Source of the DNA: Anaerolinea sp.
GTDB lineage: Bacteria; Chloroflexota; Limnocylindria; Limnocylindrales; CSP1-4
Direction: 5' to 3'
DNA length: 64,000 nucleotides
Assembly (NCBI GenBank): GCA_013822395.1
Contig: PNKK01000001.1
Span: forward strand, 20,970 to 84,969
Each line of letters starts with the position of its first letter. Position 1 is the stretch's first letter. A program made the position numbers and the translations under genes. The notes under the pieces were generated by a model that saw only the letters and a program-made list of their open reading frames with translations, was not told where the DNA came from and made no database searches. This document shows, piece after piece, positions 8,411 through 17,558 of the stretch.

Positions 8411-9677
8411 GGGCGCATCCTCGCACAGGTCGGCGGTGTACCCTCCGGCCGTGCCACCCGAGATTCGCCGCGTGGACCCCAACGAACTGCCTGCCTGGCT
8501 GGAGGCGATCACGACGACGTTCCTGGACCGCCCGGACGTGGTCGCGATGACCCGGCAGGTCACCGAGCACTGGGACTTCCAGCGCGTCTGGGGGGCGTTC
8601 GACGGACGGGTCGTGGGAACGCTCAGGACGTGGGCCACGGAGCTGACCGTCCCCGGCGGCGGCCACGTGCCGGCCAGCGCCGTGACAGCGGTCACCGTGC
8701 TCCCGACGCATCGCCGGCGGGGCGTGATGCGCTCGATGATCGGCGCCGAACATGACGCGGCCCGGGACCGCGGCGAGATCCTCGGGCTGCTCTACGCCTC
8801 CGAGGCGCCGATCTACGGTCGCTTCGGGTACGGAACCGGTGTCACGACGTGCTCCTGGACGATCGACAGGCGCTCGACCGCATTCCAGGGGCCGCCCGCC
8901 AGCGGGGTGGACTTCGCGCCGATCAACGTGGAGACGCGTGACCTGATGCGGGATCTCTATGACCGCCACCGGCTCGCACAGGTCGGCGAGATCCGGCGGC
9001 GCGATTTCACGTTCGGCCTCGATCTCGCCCTGATCGAGTTCGCCTGGGAGCCCCCGTGGAAGGGCTGGGTGATCGTTCACCGGGACGCGGCCGGCCAGCC
9101 GGACGGCTACGCTCGGTACTCCGCGGAGGCCAAGTGGGAGGAGCGCCAGCCGCGCTCCGTGCTCAACGTTCAGGATCTCGTGGCCCTGACCGACGAGGCG
9201 TACGACGCCCTCTGGACGTTCCTGATCGAGGTGGATCTCGTCGCGACCGTCAAGGCGGAGCGTCGGTCGCTCGACGAGCGGATCCCGTGGCGCCTCACGA
9301 ACCGGCGAGCGGCCAAGCCGACGGAGATCGGGGACGGCCTGTGGGTGGCCTTGCTGGACATCCCACGCGCGCTCGAGGCTCGCACCTACGAGCGGGCGGG
9401 CGACCTTGTCCTCGAGGTCATCGACGCCGAGCCGGGCAGCGGCCGGACACGGGTTCGACTCGAAGCCGGTTCGGACGGTGTGCGCTGCGCGCCCACGACC
9501 GCGGACCCGGATCTGATGGTCCATGCGGACGCCTTGGGTGCCGCCTACCTCGGTGGGACGCCGCTCCGTCATGCGGTCCTGGCGCGCGGGTACGACGAGG
9601 GCCGCCCCGGAGCCCTGGTCGCGGCGGACGCGCTCTTCAGGACGCTCGACGAACCCCGCTGCATGACGTTCTTCTGA
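8409..9677 (+). CDS. eis: GNAT-family N-acetyltransferase, Eis (enhanced intracellular survival) family
   Basis: ...VTAVTVLPTHRRRGVMRSMIGAEHDAARDRGEILGLLYASEAPIYGRFGYG... is a GNAT core. The C-terminal sterol-carrier-like extension gives the ~420-aa length typical of Eis. The start may instead be GTG 8437. Confidence 0.7.
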   Translation: MGASSHRSAVYPPAVPPEIRRVDPNELPAWLEAITTTFLDRPDVVAMTRQVTEHWDFQRVWGAFDGRVVGTLRTWATELTVPGGGHVPASAVTAVTVLPTHRRRGVMRSMIGAEHDAARDRGEILGLLYASEAPIYGRFGYGTGVTTCSWTIDRRSTAFQGPPASGVDFAPINVETRDLMRDLYDRHRLAQVGEIRRRDFTFGLDLALIEFAWEPPWKGWVIVHRDAAGQPDGYARYSAEAKWEERQPRSVLNVQDLVALTDEAYDALWTFLIEVDLVATVKAERRSLDERIPWRLTNRRAAKPTEIGDGLWVALLDIPRALEARTYERAGDLVLEVIDAEPGSGRTRVRLEAGSDGVRCAPTTADPDLMVHADALGAAYLGGTPLRHAVLARGYDEGRPGALVAADALFRTLDEPRCMTFF

Positions 9678-10032
9678 GGTCCTGCCTCGGTCGACCGGCG
9701 ACACTGCCTTCTCCGGCCCGGGCCCGCGCCGGTACCGGGGCCCGACTCCGGGTCGGCGCCGGTGCCGGGATCACGCGCCGGGCGCGGGGTGCGGACACCT
9801 TCCCCCGCCGGTCGACGCCTTCCTTCGCCGGCCCGCGCGTCCACCTCGAGCGGCGCCCGGCCGCCTGTCCCGACCCCCGGGGCGGACGTTCGGCCGTGGC
9901 GAACCAATCGCCGGAATCGCCGCCCGGGTCTCGCTCCGACACGTCACGCCGCGCGCGATTCGGCCGATCGGTTCGGCTGCGGCGAACATCGGGCCGCGGG
10001 CGCCAGAGCCCACCAGCGCCGGTTCGCGGGCC

Positions 10033-10075
10033 CCGGGAGCCGCCGCCCGGAGCCGCCGCCCGGAGCCGCCGCGCC
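10033..10075. repeat. tandem ~14-15-mer CCGGAGCCGCCGCCC x3 in the sufB upstream region
   Basis: Direct reading of the sequence. Confidence 0.5.
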
Positions 10076-10232
10076 CACGAGCGCTGCCGCCCGCCGGCGC
10101 TGCTATCTGGCCGTGCGGAGGACTCTCCGGCCCTCGGACGGGCTCGGCCCGACCCGGCGTGGCTTAGCCTGGTCGGTGCGGACGGCCACCACGGGCACAC
10201 GCCGGGACATGCCTGTGGCGGGGGACCCGTCG

Positions 10233-10274
10233 TTGACGCCTCGGGCGCTAATCCCGATAATCTGACTCGGGATT
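10233..10274 (+). promoter_or_regulatory. candidate sufB promoter TTGACG-17bp-GATAAT overlapped by inverted repeat AATCCCGA-n9-TCGGGATT
   Basis: This is the only AT-rich island in the 640-bp sufB leader. The -35 element is at 10233-10238 and the -10 at 10256-10261. An 8-bp perfect inverted repeat lies at 10250-10257 and 10267-10274. Confidence 0.4.
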
Positions 10275-10344
10275 GCAGCGGCGCCGTCGTCCCCCGGCGC
10301 CGAGCCCCGTCCAGCGGCCTCCGCAGAGGCCCATCGAGGAACCG

Positions 10345-12825
10345 ATGACCTCCACCCGCGACCTCGTCGCCGACCGCCGCGACCAGTACGCCTTCCACGA
10401 CGACATCGTCTACCTGAAGGAGACGAAGCGCGGCCTCACCCGCGACACCGTCGAGGAGATCAGCCGGTTCAAGAACGAGCCGGACTGGATGCTCCAGTCC
10501 CGCCTGCGAGCCTACGAGCACTTCCTGAAGCGGCCGATGCCCGTCTGGACGGACGGCCTGGGCAGGATCGACTTCGACAAGATCGTCTACTACCGAAAGC
10601 CGTCCGAGCGGGAGGAGAAGTCCTGGGACGACGTCCCCGAGCAGATCAAGGCGACGTTCGAGAAACTCGGCATCCCGGAGGCGGAGCGCAAGTTCCTCGC
10701 CGGCGTCGGCGCCCAGTACGACAGTGAGGTCGTCTATCACTCCGTGAAGGAGGAGCTGTCCAAGCTCGGTGTCGTCTTCATGGGCACGGACCAGGCGCTC
10801 ATCGAGTACCCGGAGATCTTCCGCAAGCACTACGGCACCGTCGTCCCCCACGAGGACAACAAGTTCTCGGCGCTCAACGGCGCCGTCTGGTCGGGCGGTT
10901 CGTTCGTCTACGTCCCGAAGGGCGTCGAGGTGCCGCTCCCGCTGCAGGCCTACTTCCGGATCAACGGCGAGAACACCGGCCAGTTCGAGCGGACGCTCAT
11001 CGTCGTTGAAGAAGGCGCCAAGGTCCACTACATCGAGGGGTGTGTCTACCCGCAGGAGCTCATCAGCCTCGGTGACTCGATGATCCCGATTGAGGAAGTC
11101 ACGCCGGGGATGAACGTCATGAACAGCTCCGGCGTCGAGGCGCCGGTGTCCGCTGTTCGGCGCCGAACCTACTCAGGGGACCTTCTCAAGATCGTGCCCG
11201 TGTCAGTGGGGAACGCCTTCGAGGTCACCCCGGAACATCCAATCCTTGCTCTTCGGCGAGAGCGGGCCGCTGTCTGGACCGGGTCGATCTGGGTGATGGA
11301 GGAAGACGCCCTTCATACATCCGAGCCCGACTGGATTCCCGCTGGTGAGTTGAGGGAGCGCGATCTGATCTGCTTCCCCGTCGCGGCCAAGCAGGTCGAT
11401 CATCCGGAGATCTCCGACGACCTGTTGCGCTTCCTCGGCTACTACCTCGCCGAGGGCAGTGCGTTCGAGAACGGGGTCCATGGCGCACCCACGGTCAACC
11501 TCTCGTTCAACACGAACGAGCGGGCCATCATCGACGACGCACGAGCTCTGATGACGTCACTGGCTGGCAAGCCCGCGGGATTGCACGAGCTGCCCAAGAC
11601 GCACGATGCCCGGGTGTACGTGTACTCCCGTGAACTCATGGAGCTCTGCAAGAAGTACTGCGGCACGGGCTCGGCGACCAAGCGACTGCATGCGGACCTC
11701 ATGGAGCTACCGCCGGCGCGACAACGCCTGCTCCTGGAGACATATATCGCCGGTGACGGCAACCGCTACAAGCTCCCGAGTGGAAACACGCGGACGCGGA
11801 CCATTACGACATCACAGACGCTGGCGTTCCAGGTGCAGGAGATCGTCGCCCGACTCGGCACGTATGCGGGGATCAACATCAGGAAGGCTTTCAGCGAGGT
11901 CATGCCCGATGGCCGTCGGATCAGCCATCGCGAGGCATACGTCGTCCACTTCGCGGACGAGCAATCGAATAAGTACGTCTGGTTCGATGCTGGGCGGAAC
12001 TGCTTCTGGGTACCGATCCGCAAGGTCGAGAAGCGGCCGTACGAAGGCTTGGTCTACAACCTCGAGATGGCGAGCGCACCAAATGCCTATCTTGCCCGCG
12101 GTTTCGCCGTTCATAACTGCACGGCCCCGATCTACGCGACCGATTCGTTGCACGTGGCGGTGGTCGAAGTCGTCGCATTGCCGGGATCCAAGGTCCGCTA
12201 CACGACAATTCAAAACTGGTCGAATGACGTGTACAATCTCGTCACGAAGCGTGCACACGCGCACGCGAATTCGACAGTCGAGTGGATCGACGCTAACACG
12301 GGCTCGCGCAAGACCGTCAAATTTCCCAGTATCTATCTGCGCGGCGAGAATGCAAGCGCGGACATCATCTCGGTCGCGGTGGCGGGACGGGGGCAGCACC
12401 AGGACACCGGCGCGAAGGCGATCCACCTCGCCCCGAACACGACGTCGAGGATCGTCTCCAAGTCCGTCTCGAAGGACGGCGGCCGGGCCACCTATCGCGG
12501 CCACCTGAAAGTCTCTCCGGGCGCGACCGGGGTCGTCGCGAGCGTCCGGTGCGACGCGCTCATGCTCGACGACGAGAGCCGGAGCGACACGTATCCGTAC
12601 ATCGACATCCAGGAAGACGACACGACGATGACCCACGAGGCCACCGTCGGCAAGATCAGCGCTGACCAGATCTTCTACCTGATGAGCCGCGGCCTCACCG
12701 AGAACGAGGCCCAGAACCTCGTCATCCAGGGCTTCCTGGAGGTCTTCACGAAGGAGCTCCCGATGGAGTACGCCATCGAGTTCAACCGCCTCGTGAAGCT
12801 CGAGATGGAGGGCTCGCTCGGGTGA
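10345..12825 (+). CDS. sufB: Fe-S cluster assembly protein SufB, interrupted in-frame by a 359-aa intein
   Basis: ATG 10345 with GAGGA at 10336-10340. Exteins match SufB (MTSTRDLVADRRDQYAFHDDIVYLKE...AKVHYIEG | CTAPIYATDSLHVAVVEV...). The host protein is about 467 aa without the insert. Confidence 0.9.
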   Translation: MTSTRDLVADRRDQYAFHDDIVYLKETKRGLTRDTVEEISRFKNEPDWMLQSRLRAYEHFLKRPMPVWTDGLGRIDFDKIVYYRKPSEREEKSWDDVPEQIKATFEKLGIPEAERKFLAGVGAQYDSEVVYHSVKEELSKLGVVFMGTDQALIEYPEIFRKHYGTVVPHEDNKFSALNGAVWSGGSFVYVPKGVEVPLPLQAYFRINGENTGQFERTLIVVEEGAKVHYIEGCVYPQELISLGDSMIPIEEVTPGMNVMNSSGVEAPVSAVRRRTYSGDLLKIVPVSVGNAFEVTPEHPILALRRERAAVWTGSIWVMEEDALHTSEPDWIPAGELRERDLICFPVAAKQVDHPEISDDLLRFLGYYLAEGSAFENGVHGAPTVNLSFNTNERAIIDDARALMTSLAGKPAGLHELPKTHDARVYVYSRELMELCKKYCGTGSATKRLHADLMELPPARQRLLLETYIAGDGNRYKLPSGNTRTRTITTSQTLAFQVQEIVARLGTYAGINIRKAFSEVMPDGRRISHREAYVVHFADEQSNKYVWFDAGRNCFWVPIRKVEKRPYEGLVYNLEMASAPNAYLARGFAVHNCTAPIYATDSLHVAVVEVVALPGSKVRYTTIQNWSNDVYNLVTKRAHAHANSTVEWIDANTGSRKTVKFPSIYLRGENASADIISVAVAGRGQHQDTGAKAIHLAPNTTSRIVSKSVSKDGGRATYRGHLKVSPGATGVVASVRCDALMLDDESRSDTYPYIDIQEDDTTMTHEATVGKISADQIFYLMSRGLTENEAQNLVIQGFLEVFTKELPMEYAIEFNRLVKLEMEGSLG
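11041..12117 (+). mobile_element. SufB intein (Pps1-type insertion site) with LAGLIDADG homing-endonuclease domain
   Basis: Starts with Cys (CVYPQELISLGD...). Block B is NAFEVTPEHPIL (TxxH). LAGLIDADG blocks are LRFLGYYLAEGSAF and LLLETYIAGDGN. It ends ...LARGFAVHN followed by the extein +1 Cys (CTAPIY). 1077 nt gives 359 codons in frame. Confidence 0.85.
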
Positions 12826-14291
12826 CCTCGACCTCCACCCCGTCGGAGGCTGTCCCCGCTCCGAACCCCGGCGGCACCCGGCCTGTCCGGTCTCCTCGGC
12901 GCTCGCCAGCGGACCTCCCGTTCCGGTTCGCCGACGAGGCCCTCGCGCGCCGGTTGGCGACGGAGCGCTCCGAGCCGGACTGGCTCCTTCTCGACCGCCT
13001 CGCCGGCGCGGCGGCCTTCGCGGCCCTCCCGACCGAGTCGAACCAGCTCTACACCCCGTACATCGACCTCCGGGGCGCCGTCCTCGACGCCGTTCGCCCG
13101 TGGATCCACACGGCCTCCGCCCCGGTTCCTGGTGCATCCGCGGAGTTGCCGGACGGCGTCGACGGCGTCATCGATCTCCGCGAGGATGCCGTTGTCGCAC
13201 TGGCGCTCTCGCCGGCGGCCGTCCGGGCAGGCGTGATCCTCGAGACCTTCGGCGCTGCGCTCGCGCGCGACCCCGACGGCTTCCGTGCCGACATCGAGGG
13301 CGGCGGATCGCTCCCCGCCGACGACAGGCTCGCCCAGCTCGCCCGTGGGTTCTGGAGCCAGGGCGTCCGGCTCGTGGTGCCCGCGCGTGTCCGGCTCGCC
13401 CATCCGATCCTCGTTCGGTGGGGGAGCGGCAACCCCGGCCGCGCCCTCGTCAGCCGGACGTTCGTGCGGCTCGGCGTTGGGGCCGAAGCCTCGCTCGTCG
13501 AGGAGCAGGTCCCGTCCGGCGCGGAGGTCGAGTGCGCAGCGGGCGAGATCGTCCCACAGGGCCTCTTCCACGGCACGATTGAGGTCGTGCTCGGCACGGA
13601 CGCCCGCCTCGCCGTGGCGGCGATCCAGGACCTGGGATCGCGCCAGGTCGCCTTCCAGCACCGCTTCGCGCGGATCGGCAAGGGGGCGTCGCTCCACTGG
13701 GCGATGGCCCAGCTCGGGTCGAGGCTCACCCGCTCGCGCGTGGACAACCGCCTCGAGGGGGACCGGAGCTCCGTCGAGCAGGTCGAGATCGTGTTCGGGA
13801 CGGACGAGCAGCTCTTCGACCTGACCAGCTACACCCGCCACATCGGCCGCGACACGACCGGCAACCTGCTGTCGAAGGGCGCGCTCCTCGATCGGGCGCG
13901 GTCGTACATGAAGGGCCTGATCACGATCGAGCGCTCGGCCGTCGGGACGGACTCGTTCCTCGGCGAGTTCGGGATGAACCTGTCGAGGGCAACGCGAGCG
14001 GTCGCAATCCCGTCGCTCGAGATCGACCAGCCGGACTGCCGCCGAGCCGCCCACTCCTCCTCGGTCGGCCCGATCGACCCGAACCAGCTCTTCTACCTCG
14101 AGTCGCGCGGGATTCCCCCCGACGAGGCTCGGAAGTTCATCGTCCTCGGGTTCCTGGAGCCGGTCGTCGCGCGCGTCCCGCTCGAGGCGGCGCAGGAGCG
14201 CCTGCGCGAGCTCCTCGAGGTGAAATGGGCCGCCGGACTCGCGGCCGGATCGGATGGCGTGACCGGCTCGGCCGGCGGCGCGGCCGCCTGA
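12822..14291 (+). CDS. sufD: Fe-S cluster assembly protein SufD
   Basis: 4-bp overlap with sufB. The C-terminal half carries the SufBD signature (...DQPDCRRAAHSSSVGPIDPNQLFYLESRGIPPDEARKFIVLGF). Confidence 0.85.
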   Translation: MTSTSTPSEAVPAPNPGGTRPVRSPRRSPADLPFRFADEALARRLATERSEPDWLLLDRLAGAAAFAALPTESNQLYTPYIDLRGAVLDAVRPWIHTASAPVPGASAELPDGVDGVIDLREDAVVALALSPAAVRAGVILETFGAALARDPDGFRADIEGGGSLPADDRLAQLARGFWSQGVRLVVPARVRLAHPILVRWGSGNPGRALVSRTFVRLGVGAEASLVEEQVPSGAEVECAAGEIVPQGLFHGTIEVVLGTDARLAVAAIQDLGSRQVAFQHRFARIGKGASLHWAMAQLGSRLTRSRVDNRLEGDRSSVEQVEIVFGTDEQLFDLTSYTRHIGRDTTGNLLSKGALLDRARSYMKGLITIERSAVGTDSFLGEFGMNLSRATRAVAIPSLEIDQPDCRRAAHSSSVGPIDPNQLFYLESRGIPPDEARKFIVLGFLEPVVARVPLEAAQERLRELLEVKWAAGLAAGSDGVTGSAGGAAA

Positions 14292-14304
14292 TTCGGCTAA
14301 CGGC

Positions 14305-14673
14305 GTGCGCCGGATCGACCTCCTCGCCCTTGCAGACCTGCTCGAGGGCACGATGCAGATGGTCTGGGCCGACGGCACGGACCCCGTCCTCGTCGTCCAT
14401 ACCGGGGGCGTTGTCCGAGCCTTCCAGGGCACCTGTACCCACGAGTACTTCGAACTCGACAAGGGCTTCCTGACCGGCGGCGGCTCGCCCGGCCCGAACG
14501 GCGAGCCGGCTGGCACGCTGACCTGCGCACTCCACCTGAGCCGGTTCGACCTCGGTACCGGCGAGGCCCTCGACCCGCCCGCCGAGCTGCCCCTCGCCGC
14601 CTACGACGTCGTCATCGAAGACGGCCGGGTCCTCATCGAGGTCCCGGACGGGCCGCTCCCCGTCAACGAGTAG
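14305..14673 (+). CDS. Rieske [2Fe-2S] ferredoxin-type protein (suf-associated)
   Basis: CTHEY...CALHLSRF form a CxH...CxxH Rieske ligand pair. Its position after sufD matches actinobacterial suf operons. Confidence 0.8.
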   Translation: MRRIDLLALADLLEGTMQMVWADGTDPVLVVHTGGVVRAFQGTCTHEYFELDKGFLTGGGSPGPNGEPAGTLTCALHLSRFDLGTGEALDPPAELPLAAYDVVIEDGRVLIEVPDGPLPVNE

Positions 14674-14845
14674 GTGCCGGACCGCCCGGCGCTTCCCGGA
14701 CGGCTACTACCAGTAGCGACTTCGCCACGAATGAGCACGACCCATGGCCGACTTCCGACGAAACCGCCGGAATCGGCTTACCCCTCTGTGCTCGTTCATC
14801 TCAGATTCGCAACTGGGAGTGGAATCGGCGGCACGGCTGACCGGT

Positions 14846-17473
14846 CTACGGCGTGAGCATCAGCCTGGACGCGGCACTCGCCTCAATGGCGTCCCACGAG
14901 AAGGGGAGCGGCACGGTGCCGCCGGTCGCCCAGTCGTCGATGAGGTCGCCGTAGTGGCGGTCGAAGGGGTTGCCGCTCTGGCCGGTCGTGATGACGATCC
15001 GGGCCTCATCGAGCGCGGACATGTCCACCGTGAGCCGGTAGGACGGGCCGTTCGAGACCCGGAAGATGGAGTCGAGGCCGGCCGGCACGAAGTCGGGGTC
15101 CTCGGGATCGGGGAACGCCCGCCACGTCTGGTAGTAGTTGTTGTTGACGGCGCCGTCGGCGCCCGCGACCTGCCGGGCGCCGCTGTTGAAGTACCACTCC
15201 AGCGGCCCGACCCCCGAGACGCCGAGCGTCTGCTCCCTGAAGTTCACGGTGTGCAGCCGGCCCCAGGTCCAGCGGCCCGGGGCGCCGAGCGCCGAGCGGA
15301 GCGCGGCGGCCGTCCGATCGATCGCCGAGGAGATGACCTCGCGGGCGCGCTCGCCCCCTGAGGTCGAGGTGTCGTCCCACCACGGGCTGGACGGATCCTC
15401 GAGCGCGGCGATCAGCGCCTGCCACGAGAACGGCGAGCCGACGTAGTCGCGTGCGAGCGACCCTAGCTCGTCCTCAAAGATCGCCCGGATGAGCGTGAAT
15501 TCGGTGGTGATGTAGGCAGCACAACCCGTCGAGTCGATGCCGCACGTCCGGTCCCAACGCTTGATCCGGTCGAGCAGGAGCCGCCCGTCCTCGGTCGCCG
15601 GCCGGGCCTCCGCCACGAGCGCCGGGACGATCCGGTCCGCCCGCAGCACGTAGGTGTCCACCTGGATCGCCCGGAGATCGGCCGGCGTGAGGCTCCCCGC
15701 GGGCGCGGCGATGAGGAGATCCGCGATGCGCTGGGCCCGGTAGCCGGGATCCCAATCGTCCCCGACGAAGTACGGGTACTCGCCGTCCACCGCGGCGTTG
15801 TTGGCGCTGACGATGAAGCCGCTCGGCGGATTGAGCTGCCAGGGCAGGTCGTCGAATGGGATGTAGCCGGTCCACTCCTCCGTCCCGGACGCGCCGTCGC
15901 GGATCCGGTCGCCGGTCGGGTCGCCGTCACGCACGGGCACGAGGCCCGGGAACTGGTAGCCGATGTTCCCATCCACGTCGGCATAGACGAAGTTCTGGCT
16001 CGGCGAGCCGTACCCCTCCAGCGCGGCTCGGAAGCCCTCGAAGTCGCGGGCGGTGTTCAGTCGGAGGATCGAGGTGAAGGCGCCGTCGGGCTCCCGGGTC
16101 GAGGTCCACTGGAGGGCGACGGGTGCCTCGTCGGCGAGGCGCTTGTCGACGTCGTTGAGGATCGGGCCGTGCCGGGTGGACCGGACCTGGATCGTGACGT
16201 CGTCGCCGCCGGCGACCTTGATCGTCTCCGTCCGGACCTCGAACGGGAGTGACGTGCCCTGGTAGAGGTAGCGGGTCGGATCGGCCGGATCGACGGTCTC
16301 GCGATAGAGATCCTGGACATCGGGGCCCACGTTCGTGGCGCCCCACGCGATCCGGTCATTGTGGCCGAGCACGACGGCAGGAACGCCGGGGAAGGAGACG
16401 CCGGTGACGTTGTACGGGCAGGCGTCGGACACGACCCGGCAGCGGAGCCCGTTCATGATCCAGACGCTCGGCATGGAGAAGCCGAGGTGCGGGTCGTTCG
16501 CCAGGAGCGCCCCGCCGGTCGCAGACTTCGAGCCGGCGACGACCCAGTTGTTCGAGCCGATCCCGCGGCTGCCGACCAGGCCGGCAGCGGTGTCGAGGCC
16601 TCCGAGCGCGAGGGCCCTGTCGCCGAGTTCGGCGACGTCGCGCCAGGCCGAGGCGATCTCGGATGAGAGCGCGAGCGGGGCGGCGGTTGAGCCCGTCGCG
16701 CCCCTCGCCGGCGCCGTTGCGGTTCCGGTCGCGCCCGCGCCGCCGGAACCCGGCAGGCCGGACGGCGTGATCACCGGCGCACCGGGGCCGTAGGCGGGGA
16801 AGAGGGCATCCGTGCGCGCGGCATCACCGAGCCTGGCGTCGGCGAGCAGCCGGAAGATCTCCGTGTCCATGTTGCCGCCCAGGTTCCAGGCCTGGACCTT
16901 CTGCCAGGCCGCCGAATCGAGCGGCGTCCAGGGCTCCGGCGTGTACCCGCCAAGGCCGCCGGTCCCGGCGAGGAGGCCGGCCACGACGAACGCCGGCCCC
17001 AGGGATCCCTCGTTGTCCGCCAGCCAGGCGTTGACGCCGTCGGCGTACCACTCGAGCGCGTCGCGGGCGTCCTGGGGCATCGCGTCGAGGTCGCGCTGCG
17101 CGGCCTGCCGCCAGCCGAGCGTCCGGATGAACCGGTCCGTGTCGACGCTGTCCTCACCGAAGATCTCGGACAGGCGGCCGGAGCTGATGCGGCGCCAGAC
17201 CTCCATCTGCCACATCCGCTCCTGGGCGTGGACGTAGCCCTGGGCCAGGAAGAGGTCGTGTGGATCGTCCGCCCGGATCTGGATGATCCCGGCCTGGTCC
17301 CGGATCACGGTGACGGGTGCGTGAAGGCCGTCGATCCGGAGCGTGCCCGATGCCTGCGGAAGCCCCCGGCCGGTGACCGCGGCGAGGAGCCCGACGACCG
17401 CCACGAGGGCGACGACGACGAGGATGGCGACCACCCGAAGCCCCCGGAGTCCCCACCGAACAAGTCGCACCAC
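14846..17473 (-). CDS. penicillin acylase family (Ntn-hydrolase; penicillin amidase / AHL-acylase-like) protein
   Basis: 875 aa with an N-terminal TM anchor. The Ntn nucleophile context GIGSNNWVVAGSKSATGGALLANDPHLG (Ser-Asn-x-Trp) matches the acylase beta-subunit N-terminus. Confidence 0.85.
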   Translation of the reverse strand: MVRLVRWGLRGLRVVAILVVVALVAVVGLLAAVTGRGLPQASGTLRIDGLHAPVTVIRDQAGIIQIRADDPHDLFLAQGYVHAQERMWQMEVWRRISSGRLSEIFGEDSVDTDRFIRTLGWRQAAQRDLDAMPQDARDALEWYADGVNAWLADNEGSLGPAFVVAGLLAGTGGLGGYTPEPWTPLDSAAWQKVQAWNLGGNMDTEIFRLLADARLGDAARTDALFPAYGPGAPVITPSGLPGSGGAGATGTATAPARGATGSTAAPLALSSEIASAWRDVAELGDRALALGGLDTAAGLVGSRGIGSNNWVVAGSKSATGGALLANDPHLGFSMPSVWIMNGLRCRVVSDACPYNVTGVSFPGVPAVVLGHNDRIAWGATNVGPDVQDLYRETVDPADPTRYLYQGTSLPFEVRTETIKVAGGDDVTIQVRSTRHGPILNDVDKRLADEAPVALQWTSTREPDGAFTSILRLNTARDFEGFRAALEGYGSPSQNFVYADVDGNIGYQFPGLVPVRDGDPTGDRIRDGASGTEEWTGYIPFDDLPWQLNPPSGFIVSANNAAVDGEYPYFVGDDWDPGYRAQRIADLLIAAPAGSLTPADLRAIQVDTYVLRADRIVPALVAEARPATEDGRLLLDRIKRWDRTCGIDSTGCAAYITTEFTLIRAIFEDELGSLARDYVGSPFSWQALIAALEDPSSPWWDDTSTSGGERAREVISSAIDRTAAALRSALGAPGRWTWGRLHTVNFREQTLGVSGVGPLEWYFNSGARQVAGADGAVNNNYYQTWRAFPDPEDPDFVPAGLDSIFRVSNGPSYRLTVDMSALDEARIVITTGQSGNPFDRHYGDLIDDWATGGTVPLPFSWDAIEASAASRLMLTP

Positions 17474-17558
17474 CGCTGTCTCCCGTTTCTGCCGGCCGCT
17501 CGGGCCCTCCCGGATGTCGTGGGTAGTCTGCCCCGCAGCGGGTTGCCCGTGCGGTGCG

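Noticed and set aside
9762-10265. 167-aa ORF in the sufB leader
   Set aside because: It has no RBS or start context. It is Arg/Pro-rich low-complexity sequence and overlaps simple tandem repeats. I treat it as a non-coding leader.
10273-10344. Extended SufB start at 10273
   Set aside because: The upstream 24 codons are Arg/Pro-rich and unlike SufB N-termini. ATG 10345 has a GAGGA RBS and matches the conserved MTSTRD start.
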